DNA of 60,330 nucleotides, filler included, from Basidioascus undulatus (taxonomy: Eukaryota), in assembly GCA_000826855.1 (NCBI GenBank). It is 3 parts of 3 records of this genome, joined end to end, with 100 filler letters (N's around TTAATTAATTAA, not from the genome) between each part and the next. Parts side by side here need not be neighbours in the genome. Positions count along the whole stretch, not along the records: positions 40,327 to 60,330 come from JTLS01000385.1; 2 more parts are not named here. One strand, given 5' to 3'. The notes beneath the pieces are model-generated. The model was not told where the DNA came from and ran no database searches. It worked only from the letters and a program-made list of their open reading frames with translations. Every line of letters begins with the position of its first letter. Positions within the stretch are counted from its first letter, which is position 1. The position numbers and the translations under genes were made by a program. Positions 46,942 through 58,283 of this stretch are shown in pieces.

Positions 46942-49007
46942 TATGCCCTCTGCATCATCGTATCCAGTGCAGCTGCTTCCCACAGTTCTCGTATCCGACA
47001 GAACACTCTTGGACACCTCCCCTCAAGTATCTTTTTCGAGATGTCGTCCCCGGCCAAACCCATCGGAGTCCTACTTCTTCAATTATGGAAGCTTCTTTAT
47101 ACGCGTGCGCTATGAACAGAGTTGTTTGGTGTTGATCTTGGGGCTGAAAGCTGCAGTCGTTTGCTCAGGTCGAGCACGTTCTGTACCGCGTGCATGCCTC
47201 GCGCCTCCAGCAGTTCTGCTCAATCTCCCGGGACATGTTCGCCCAACACAACAAGTCCAACGAGGGAAGCTCCGCTGGGCACCCGCTTGAGTTGGCGGGA
47301 GTGTCGGCGGAGGACTTCGATGCCTTGCTGCTCTCGCTCTATGGCTCGTGAGTCCAGCTTGGTACCGGTCGCTGTTGGGTGTTCTCGTGTTAAGGGTGAA
47401 TCTGAAACTCTTAGTGTCTTGATTCAAGCAAGGTATAAGCAGATTCGTTACCGGATCAAAGGTCCAGCTTCTCGGTGTCCTCAACCTGGCAACGATGTAC
47501 AACATGCCTGAGCAGCGCGCCTATGAACTTTTCCGGCTGAGAATCCGTCCTTAGTGGCAGAGGGCACAGCGTCTAAGCCGTGCTTTAATTCACCCTTTGG
47601 TGATTTCTCCTTCGTGCACGACGGATTCCGGGTCAACGGCAAGAGTGCCGTCCTTTGGAGCAGCCAGCGCCGTGCAACGCGGAGTGTCATTGCGCAATAG
47701 TTTGTCCCTGTGCTGTTCGTCTCCTGGAAATTGTTGCTTGTGCGCTGGCCCTGAACTGTCAGTGATCATACATAAACCAAAAAGGAGCGTTGCGCTCCTT
47801 GCCTTTCCTCCATCACTTCTCACCCCGGCATTAATTGAGCCATGGCGAATGCCCTTATGTTCACCACTCTGTCGTATCGCTTACTGGAACCTTATTATTT
47901 AAGAGTTGAGTACTAAAAAGAAGCTTTTTTAATTCCCCTGATTGTTCGCAGCTCAGTGAAACAGGTGTGTTTTTGTTTAGTGGTTGCGAAGGACAGGCCC
48001 GTGAAACCGCTGGCTTCGGCAGCTGCCATTGTTGTATATCTTGCATGCCCCGTCCAATGTACTATCGAACAATTTAATATGAATTTTTTTCTATGTTCGT
48101 TGTGATTCTGAACTGAGCCTTTGTTCCGTTGATACGTGAATTGCTTCAACGTCGCAAGCACAGCCCAAGCAGCCGAATCAGATATGAAACAAATATTCAG
48201 TGGGAGCTTTGCCGGCATAACGGACCCCAGGCCGACCAGGCACGGCTGCAGAGCCGTGTACCGGCACCAAATCCGTGTTTGAGCTGACATGCTTCATAAC
48301 TTGCCGGCGTGGTTGCCCCACTGCACGGAGCTGCCGCTGTGCATACCCTCCGTGTCGGCCGGTGACGGACTGTATTCCGGCAAGTCGCAGTAAACACGGC
48401 CCTGGCGCCGTGATATTACCCGCAAAAGTGAGTCCACATCGCTCCGTGTTGCCGGCAATGACTCCAACTCAGTAGTTCATAGGGGCGCCGCGCGCAGTGC
48501 GCCTATGCCATCGAGCGCTACGAAGACGTCTTCCTCGAGCAGCAGTTATCGGACGACCCGGTCGAGGTGGTGGTCTTGGGTCGTCGCTACTCCGTCGCTC
48601 AGTGGCCCACCAGGGCCCTCTTGGCCCTCACCCGGCGCCCATTCAAAAGCATTAATTACGCGGACAAGCTCGGCAGGGAAACGATGCTCATTCTCGTCTC
48701 TCTGCGCGAGAGGATCGTGGAGCCGCCCATTCCACAAAAGTGCCTAAAGTTCTCTCAGGGGATGACAAGAAACTACTGGCCGGCGGTCCCGACCATTCAA
48801 GCAGGGTGGCTAGATTGCGCAGAGGCCCTTCGCGGATTGCGTGTCGACGACGACTTGCCGCGCACTGCCGAGAAGCTCATTTATAATTTCCCATGGAGGG
48901 ACTACTATCACAGCGACCCAAGCGACCGAGTCGCTAGACTACGGTTTGGAACACCTCCGCGAGCGACACCCGGTCAGGAGGAGTTTCTCTCCCCCGTTGA
49001 GCCCTGA
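46942..49007 (+). pseudogene. BTB/POZ-domain gene interrupted by a ~1-kb insertion
   Basis: SYFFNYGSFFIR|VEHVLYRVHASRL...RDMF...EGSSAGHPLELAGVSAEDFDALLLSLY, then LGVLNLATMYNMPEQRAY, resuming after 48507 as AIERY...PVEVVVLGRRYSVAQW...LGRETMLILVSLRE. Confidence 0.8.
47526..48493. mobile_element. 968-bp insertion flanked by a 14-bp direct repeat
   Basis: GCAGCGCGCCTATG (47512-47525) and GCAGTGCGCCTATG (48494-48507). Removing the insert plus one copy restores the BTB gene frame. Confidence 0.7.
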
Positions 49008-50077
49008 GGAGCTGGTCCAAACGCACTTTGGAGAGGTGAGAGCCCTTGATATCTGAAGGACTCTTGATGTTATCACAATAATGGCTTCGAATGAGTCGCT
49101 TTTCTTGAATAGCAGCATTGGCGGAGTGGTACATCGTTGCCGGATCTTCGACATCAACGCCAAAGTCTGCCTGGAGACACACCCATGGCTTGGGTTGGGA
49201 GTCAACGCACCACCAAGGAATATTACCCGGGGATTCATGCATTCCTATCAAGTTGGACACGCTGTGACTGTCCACCCACCTTGTATCGCTGACAGCACGT
49301 GAAGGACGCTTAGCCGACGGCGTCACGGGCGTGTTGTGCGAGGCTGCGCCTGATGGAGTCGATTCTGGGAGATCATGTATCCATGGACACTTTTTCAAAG
49401 TGTTAAAATCTGATAGAGTAATCTTTAAGAAGGTAGGGAATATTGTGAGGTGTTACAAAAATCAGGCGGTCTCGCAGACTCGCGAAGCGTGCGCTGCGGC
49501 ATCGATGGTACGTCGATCGAATAACTCCACACTCGGAGATCGTGTACATCCAACTGCATTCATATCCGTCCGAAACTGTGGAACATCCATGCTCTATGCG
49601 CATACCAGGCAGACCCTAGCAGTGCGGTGCATCGAGGTCTGTTCATCACCCGTATTCGGTCCGAGAGCTCTTTGCCTGGTACAGCGTTCTTTATCGATGT
49701 TTTTAGTCGCTCACACGCTTATCGAGAAACTTCAGAAAATGCGGGGCAGGCGAGATCGACCTCCTTCGTGCAAACACAAGAAAGCGTGCCGACCTTCCGA
49801 GGTCGTACCGCGGTCAAAGCGAGCGAGATGACGCTCGCGCACAGCGACTGGCATCCCTGGCTTCTCTCCAACCAGTTCCCTCCCATCTCCCTCGGTTTAT
49901 CCACCCAACACACGCGTACAATACACCAAAGGCTTACAGACTAAAGTTCCGACCCCGTACGTTTTCTGAGGGCGCAGCGACTTTGTTCCGCCGCTGAGCG
50001 ATCCGCACTTACGCGCCCCACCACGCTCGTCCAGCGGTTGTCTCCCATCTTTATCTCAGTTTCCGTTCTACAGCACC

Positions 50078-53000
50078 ATGGCAGGTACTTGAACCTTTCC
50101 AACCTCATGACGCCAAGCTACGCGTTCACACTGCGCGACGGACAGCGCCGCTGTACACGACTCAGAGCGGGAAACTGTGCGTGTTCTTTACCCAGCTTCT
50201 TTAGCTTCAATACAACCCCTGTCGATACAACCCACGTCGCTGACGTTGGCCTGAGAAAACAGGTGGCACCAGGTATGACTTCCTCAGTAATCCCCAGACA
50301 GAGAACGGTTGATGGACTCTGGGCGCCTGTGGGACGTAGGGTAACCTGCTCATGGTCACCGTCGGTGCGTACCTACTTCCCCAACTTCCTTATCCCAGAC
50401 TCCCTCACACACCCACCTCAGGTCTTCCCGCCCGCGGCAAGGTCCGTTGTTAACCTTACTCCCACCTCTCCCCCTCCACCTCCCCTTACGCCCCACCCGC
50501 AGACGCACGTCTCGCGCTCCCTCGAGCGGTACATCCGCTGGCTCGGCGTCAAAGTCGGGACGTTCTCCCTGGGGGACTACCGGCGCAAAACGATCGGGCG
50601 CGCCAAGGAGCTCCCGCCCGACTACTTCCTCCCGGGGCCGAAGAAGCCCGAGACGGAGAAGCTGCGGAAGCGCGTCATGGACGAGCTGCAGGATGTCGTT
50701 CAGCGGTTCTTTGAGGAGGAGGGCGGGCAGGTGTGAGTCCGCGGGTGAATGGGATAAGGTGGGGGACGGGATACGCTGATGTGTAATGGGCTGGGGCGGT
50801 AGGGCTATCTATGATGCGAATAACGCGACGAGGGACGTGAGGCAGGCGGTGGTGGATCGGTTTGGGCCGAAGGGATTGGGTGTGCACGTCATCTTTGTCG
50901 GTGCGTCTGCATCTGCCTCTATCTCACCCCATCAAACCCCACCCGTCCCGTCATTTCGCTTGCGGCCGAGCTCCTATGCTTTTTGGCGGGGAACAGAGTG
51001 CCTCTGCGACGACCCCAAGATTGTCGAAGGCAACATCCGCTCCGTGCGTCCTTCTCCCCCTATGCTGCATCCCTCACGCTGTCCCATCCCGGCCCTGACC
51101 CTCTCACCTCCTACTCTTACCTCACCAACAGGTAAAGATCTCTTCCCCCGACGTACGTCCCGCGCGCCCAGCCCTCCCGCTCATCCTACCCTACCAAATC
51201 CCCTACCTTCGAATCGCGCCTGACTTCACTCCCTTGCCCTGCCCCTCTCATTCCTTCTCGCCGACTCGACCCCCTCCTCCTCATCATCTCCTCTATCTTC
51301 TCCTTCCGTCCCTCTCCTCTCCACGCCCGTCTCCCCGGACCCCTCCAAAACCCCAACTCTCTCCTGCCCGCCCGCAGTATGCATCCTGGGACCCCGAAAA
51401 GGCCGTAGCGGACTACTGGAACCGGATCCGGGAGCACGAGGCGCAGTACGAGACGGTGGACGAGAGCGTCCCCTACATTAAGATTCTCAATGCCGGGCAG
51501 CGCATCGTCGTCAACCAGATTGAGGGGTACCTGCAGGTGCGTGCGTTTCCTCCCGGGGACAGTGGGGAATGGGGAATGATTCGATGGACGGCGGGAGGTC
51601 AGTCTCGGGTTGTGTTCTACTTGATGTGCGTTTCAGAAGAGGTAGAGGAGGAGTGGATGAGGCTGGGGTTTGACGCGTTGAGGGGAACAGGAACATCCAC
51701 AACAAGTCGCGGACGATCCATTTCGCTCGCGTGCGTATCTCACCTCTTATCTTCCTGCTCCCATGTCATCCCACCCCCTCCTTCACCATGCTGACCGCGA
51801 GTTGTCTTGGGGGGAATGCAGTCCGGGCAATCGATCGTCGAGCACTCGTACAAGGCCGATTCGGATCTGGCGGCGGTCGGTATGTCGTCGCGCAATGCTC
51901 TTCCACCCGAGACCCCTTTGATTGCGGGCTGAGGGTGATTTCGTTTTGGCCTACAGGCTGGGAATACGCCGAGTACGTTTGGCCTCCTTCCTGTCCCTCT
52001 TCCATCCTCCTGCCCTCTTTCTCCTTCCCGTCGCTCTCGCTCCTCGAGAGCGCAGCGAAGCAAGGACGAGGACTGACCGCTCGTCGAGGTGATCCCAGAG
52101 TCCTCGCCGACTTCGTGCAAGAGCGGCGCAAGAAGATCCACAAGGACCGTGTGGCAGCGGGCGGGCCGCAACCTGAGAAGCGGCTGCAGGTGCGTTGCGT
52201 GCTCCTGTTACCTCTGCTTCCTTTGCAGCAAGGCACTGATGTGCTGAGGGGAGCAGGTCTGGACCTCCACCCGTAGAAGGTCGTACCACTCCGCGTGGCC
52301 TTTCGTCCGGCTCGTACGTCCCTTTCCCATTCCTCCCTCCCCGTCGCCGTCTCCCACCGCCTCTCCCCTCGCTCTCCCATCTTCCACTTCTCCACCCGCG
52401 CTCACACGCCACTCCATCATGCAGGGCTACCGCGTCACGGAACGCACGCAGATGAGCGAGATCAACCCGGGCATCCTCGACGGCGTCTCGCCCGACGAGT
52501 TCCGTGAGCTCTACCCGGACGAGTGGGTCCAGTCCCTGCGGGAGCCGTATTCCTTCCGAGGTGTGTTTGCTCTTGTTGTCCTTGGGCGTCTCTCGGACTG
52601 GTGCTGAAACTGGAGTGGGACCAGCGCCGAGAGGGGAGTCGTACCACGACTTGAGGTGCGTGTGCCGCGGCGCGTAGTGGAAGCAGGAAGGAGAAGCTGA
52701 TAAAGAGTGGTCGGGCGTGTACAGCGTTCGCTTGGAACCGGTCATCTTCGAGCTTGAGCGCGAGCAGGACGGTGCGTCACTTCCCTTGGCCCTTCTCGCC
52801 TTCCCTACTCCACAGGTGGGCGCTGATCCCTCGTGCCCCCCTTCCCGCGCTCGCCTCACACAGACCTCCTGATCATCTGCCATGCCTCGGTCATCCGCTG
52901 CCTGATCGCGTACCTTGTCGGCCTGCCGCCGAGCGAGATCCCCGCTGTGGAGATGTGCGTCCTTGCTCTGCCCCCCCCCCTTCCCCCTCCCCTTGCTTCG

Positions 53001-53421
53001 GCAGGATGTGAGACTGATGCGCGGGATGGGCAATATTAGTAACCGTGGGGAGCTCATCGAAATCACGCCCACAAGCTATGGAGTCAAGACGTCGACTTTT
53101 AAGTGCGTCTTGCCATCGCCATTTTGCCAATCTGTTCATCTGGCTGAGATCGCTCCCTTTGCTTTCTCTCATTCCACCCTTCCTCCAACCTACAGGTTCT
53201 GGTCTCCCAAGCCGACCGACCCCCAGCCGCTCGTCGTCCGCGACGGCGTGCTCTCCCCCCGCGACGCGCCCGGCTCGGGCGCCAACACCCCACCGAGCAG
53301 CGTCCCCGGGAGCGGGGGCGCGACCCCCCCGCTGGGGCACGCGGCCTTCCAGCGCGCGGCACAGAAGGTGCTGGAGGAGCAGACTGGGAAGGAGCAGCGG
53401 GAGGGGCCCGTTCAGGAGTAG
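50078..53421 (+). CDS. 6-phosphofructo-2-kinase/fructose-2,6-bisphosphatase-like protein (YLR345W-type)
   Basis: About 20 introns. MAAPLYTTQSGKLWH, VGLPARGKTH, FSLGDYRR, AIYDANN, VKISSPDY, APRGESYHDL, RLEPVIFELER, IICHASVIRCL. Confidence 0.9.
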
Positions 53422-54016
53422 GCGGATGGGGGAAATGAGAGGAGGGTGGGGATTGAGATGGGGACCGCGACAGAAGTAAGAGCCAATTAAATGTAAGCTT
53501 GAAAATGATCCACAAGCATGTTCACGTTCTCTTCTGCTGCAAGGTCAGGCTTTGAAGCAATCATGTTGCAGTGCTTAACCGAGGCATGCCTGATTCCATG
53601 GTGAGCGGCCACGCCCCCCTGTTGCAGTCGGCAGTTCAGCGATGTCGACTAACCGCTACATAAATTGATTTACCCTGCTGTCCCCAATCAAAGTACCCCT
53701 CGCATCCCTCTATCATATCGCTACATTGCTGTGGGTTTGGATAGTCGGCGACAAAATTGCGGCTGTTCAGACGATCTTGGCGTATTACAAGTGCTTGCGC
53801 AGTGCGTCTCCCAACAGGCGAGAGTCGATGGTCGATGCAGGTCTGTACTCAGTGAGGGGCGCGACAGGTGTACATGATAACAGGGTGAACTGCGTGGACA
53901 GTGGTATGATGGGTGTGGGGTAATGCACAAGAAGGTATAGCGGTGCGAGCATGCAAAGGTCGATTACCAAAATAGGAAAGTGTTCGGGAAACGGTGGGAT
54001 GAGGCGTATTACGCCG

Positions 54017-57000
54017 TTACCTGGGCAGCCCCATAGGGTGCGGCGGCGGTGGTGGAGCAGTCAGCGGAAGGAGAGGAGCCGCAGCAGCGCCGTGTAGAGC
54101 GCTCGTTGCGTGTTGGACGAGCAGCCTCTCCATGATCACCCATGCTTGGGAGAGGCGGATTTTGAAGGAGACCGAGGCGTCGTGGATGACTAGAAGACGC
54201 AGCGCAGTGTTAGTATGAGGCCGAGGCTCGAGCGGGCGAAGAAAACAACTGACACGGACAAGGCCAGGCGTCTTCGAGCTCATCTACAGATAGTTTGCGA
54301 GCAGCTTGTCAGCATCCTGAGTGAGGGCGATATGAATCCGTGCTGCTACGGACCAACAAGTCTCGTTACTGTCGAGGCAACCTTGAGCGCGGCGACGAGC
54401 GTGTGGTGTATGTGCCAAATCTCAAGGCAGCTGTACAGTTAGATAGCGATGTGTGAGCGAGACCCGGGATTGAGAAAGCAGCTGAGCGGCACGTACTAGC
54501 CAGCACGGTGTACAGGAACGGCGCGTCCGCGTATCCTTTACTCGCGAGCGCTACGTTCTGCATTGCATGTTCATTGCTTCAGCGTCGTCCTTTTGGGTCT
54601 GGACGGGACAACAGATGCGCACGCACCCCTGTCGCGATGTGCGATAGGGACTCCATCCACTTGCACGCTCGCGGCTCAGGAACTTGGGTGGCGGGTCGGC
54701 GATACTGCAAATGAGAATGCGCTGTCAGACCCGCTCTCTGCGAGCGAAGCATGTGCCACGAAACTCACCCATACCGCACGGCAGCTTCGTTGATCCGCCG
54801 CTGTAGGGTCAGTCGCGCTGTGAATCCGAGGTTGAAGGCTTGCCACTGTGAACGAGCGTGGTGGTCAGATGGCCGCCCGATACGCCTAGATTCTTTCTTC
54901 GTACCTTGTGGATACCTCCTGACCACAGCGGTGCTCGAGCAGCAGTTGGCGCTCGATGTCCTCGACCTCGCTCCACATGCTCGTCGCGCTCGTGAGCGTC
55001 TCCTCATATGCGGGGGCCGGGTCGTTGAGCAGGAACGCCACGTTGCGATGAGAATGAGACGCTCGAGGAGCGCCCAGATGCTGCGCTTGCCCCCCAAGAT
55101 GCGTTCTGGACGAGTGTAGGATCACATTGGACATCAGCAACGAGCCGGTAGATCTTGAAAGAGACCAGCAATAGAATCACATGCAAGCTGCGGCTGCCGT
55201 ACTCCGCGCGCGAAATTGACCGCGAAATACTCCGGGGTCATCAAGTACTGCGCGGAGGGCTCGACAGGTGCGGTAGGGTAAAGGGCAAAGTGGTAGAGAA
55301 GCCCACCGCTGACCACCACAAGCCGTTCTCGATCAGTTCAAGTCATAGATATAGGATGCTAATATCGGCAGCGTTTGCTTACACAAGGTTCCAAAAAGCC
55401 TGCCCAACCCCCAATCGAATGTCAGCGCCTTTCCGCTTCTTTCCTAAGCAACAAGCAGAAGAGCCCGCACCTCCTGCGCATCTCCATGTTCACCTCCGAT
55501 TCGGTCCAGTGGGACGGCCAGCCGGGTACGAGGCGGAACGTCTTGCCCTTTTTGCGGTGGAAGCTGTCCTCGACAGCCCACTGCTCGCACGGGCACGCCG
55601 CGTCCGCGTCGCCGCAGTGCTCATGCGCGCTCTCCATGTACTGGAACGGCACGCCAGTGACTTGGAAGCGCGTGCAGTCCCTTTCGTTGACGAGACATAA
55701 GAAGGTCAGTCAGCAGCATGGCTCGGACTCCCAAGGATAGGGAGGCGGGACACACGGGTCGTTGAGGTCGGTGAAGTTCAGGAAGAGCTTGTACGCAAGG
55801 AAGTCGGTGAGCTCTTGGGATGCAGACCGGCGCGCGAGCGAGTAGTGAGGGTGGGGCAGGCAGTGGTAGAACGAGAGGCTGTGGGCACCATTTCACCACA
55901 TCTCAGATCAGCAGACGCTTCCAGACAAGTAGATGCGGTTCCCAGGTAAAAAATGCACACGAAAGCCGCCTGCGCGAGCTGCAAGTCGATTTCCTCCGTC
56001 GCGATCGCCGAGTCGAGTGCGCTCTGCGCAAGCTGGCACAGGCGCTCGGCGCGCGCCCGGCCCTGGTACCCGGCGTCCGTGCACCCTGGGGAGCAGAGGA
56101 AGTTGCTGACGGCCAGGAGCCCGTAGATGAGTGCGGGCTGCATCGAGTCGCGTGTGGCCGGGTTACGGAGCCTGTGGGAGGACGAGACGAAATGGAGGGT
56201 GAGACATCTGGGAATTGCGAGCAGATGAGGAATAACCCACTGGAAGAAGTTTGGGACGTGAAAAAGCATGGTCTGCGATTTTGCGGGTGTTTCAGTAACC
56301 CGCGTAATGCTGCAAGGGAGACGAAACGCACGGTGAACTCGATGACGCTGTGCAGGGAAACGGATAAGCCACACACAGGCCGCGCGCGGAATCGTGGCGG
56401 CATACGGACCGGAACGGGAGCCAGATGTCCTCGAGCAGTGCTATTTGACTGGAGGAAATGCAAGAGAGTCCACGGAGAGAACCGAGCGGAGCTTGTCAGA
56501 CCACAAGTCTGTTCCAATAGAATGTGAGGGGCCGTGTAGAAGGAGGGGGAACATGGGCGCATGCGGTCTCAGGCGAGCGATGCGGGTAGAAGCTCAGGAT
56601 GAAGTCGTACGTCGTTTGGCGGGTGTAAGAGCTGGACGGCCGTACCGTGAGGGCCGGCTGCGAGAGCGTCGCGGTCGACGAGGCCGAGGAGATCGAAACG
56701 CTCGTGCTCCCTGTTGAGGGCCGGACGCGGGAGGACGAGCGCCAGACGAGCGCTCCCGAGTGGGCGTACTGCGAGGCGGCGGGGATGGGAGGCGCTTCGT
56801 AGGCTGGCTGGGAGCGCGCGGACGACGCGGTGGATCTTGCTGAGGCGGAGGAGGACTTGCGACGACCACCCTGTGAACAACCGCCAGTTTTCATCAGGGG
56901 AATGAGCGAGGAGGCGGGAGAAGAAGAAAAGAAACAATGCACCTGCCACCCCGCGATCCGCACCTCCTCGTCGCTCTCCTGCGAAAGGTCATGCAGCTCC

Positions 57001-58283
57001 GACTCGTGCCCGATCCTGCCCGACTTCTTTCCCAAAGCAGAGGCCGGGCGAGCTCTTCCCGATCCAGTTCCGACAGCCAACGCCTTGCTCACAGCTCCTG
57101 CCGCGCCGCGCCCAAAGCGGATGCGCCCGCCGGCGACCTTGTCCGGCCCGCGCCTGCGGATGGTCTTGTCGTAGGTGCACTCGATACCTGCGCACAGTCA
57201 CATCGCACGCTGAGTCTGCGGAGGCGTCTGACAGAGGAGGTTCAGAGAGGGGGACGCACCTCGTTTGACGCAACGCGGACAAGGGTGGCCGCCCACGCAC
57301 TTGAGCTTCTGCTTCCTGCACCCTGTGCACGCGAGCGCCTGTCGCGGCGGGGGAGCGGGACCCTGCCCTCCCGGCTGGGACTGCGACGTTCGAGGCGGAG
57401 CGGCCTGCGGCGTGGGCGGCGGCAGAGACGCGAGATCGGGCTGCTGCTGCCGCTGCGCGGGTTGAGCGGCGTTTGGGGATATGGCTGGAGGGGGAGGAGG
57501 CGCATATGCGACCGATGCCGCATAGCGCGAGGAGGAGGAGGAGGAGAGCGACGGGGGTGGTTTGGGGGGCATCCCGTGGAAAGGGGTAGTGTGGGAGCTG
57601 TAGGGTGCTCGCGGGGGCGGAGGCGGGCCCAAGATGGGCGGCGGGGCAGGCACAGCGAACGGTGCTGGGTGGTAGTGTACGGAGGCGGCTGAAGGAGGGC
57701 GCGAGGGCCCTGTAGGCGCAGCAGGATCGAAGGACAGCTTGAAGGGGAAGAGATCTTTGAGGAGGAAGGAAAGGGGGACGGTCAGCATCCATTAATTTTT
57801 CACGCAAGAGGCTGGGTATGTGAGCCGACACGCACCACGCTCCGGGGATGCTGGGACCAGGGGTCCGAGATGCGAGGAAGAGAGGGTAGGTGTGGAGATG
57901 GGAGAAGGCGAGCGTTGCTGGGCCAGCGAAAGCGTTGACTGTGTGGGTGGATATAAGAACAACCTCGGCAACCGAAGTTCGGCTGTCGTGTGTAAATTAT
58001 CATCAGCAACTCGTGGCATGCGAAACGCGCCTTGAAACAAATTAGTGCACGACGCACCCGGTGGGATTGCTATGGGATTGAACGAGCCCGTGAACGCGGC
58101 GGGCTCGAGTGGAGCAGGGGACGCGCCGAGTGCACGAGGCGGTGGAAGCTCGCGGCCGAAGGGGGTTGGAATCCTCGGGAGGATGGGGGCGGGTGAGGGA
58201 GTGGTCTGCGGCGAGAAGGAGAACGAGGGCGAATGTGACGAGGAATCGGGCTCGGGCGAAGGCGCCTCGAACGACGAGGACAT
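54017..58283 (-). CDS. Zn(II)2Cys6 fungal transcription factor
   Basis: ALACTGCRKQKLKCVGGHPCPRCVKR|GIECTY after a Pro-rich N-terminus. Downstream exons resemble a fungal TF middle region (LFHVPNF, LQLAQAAF). Internal exon boundaries are only partly resolved. Confidence 0.85.
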
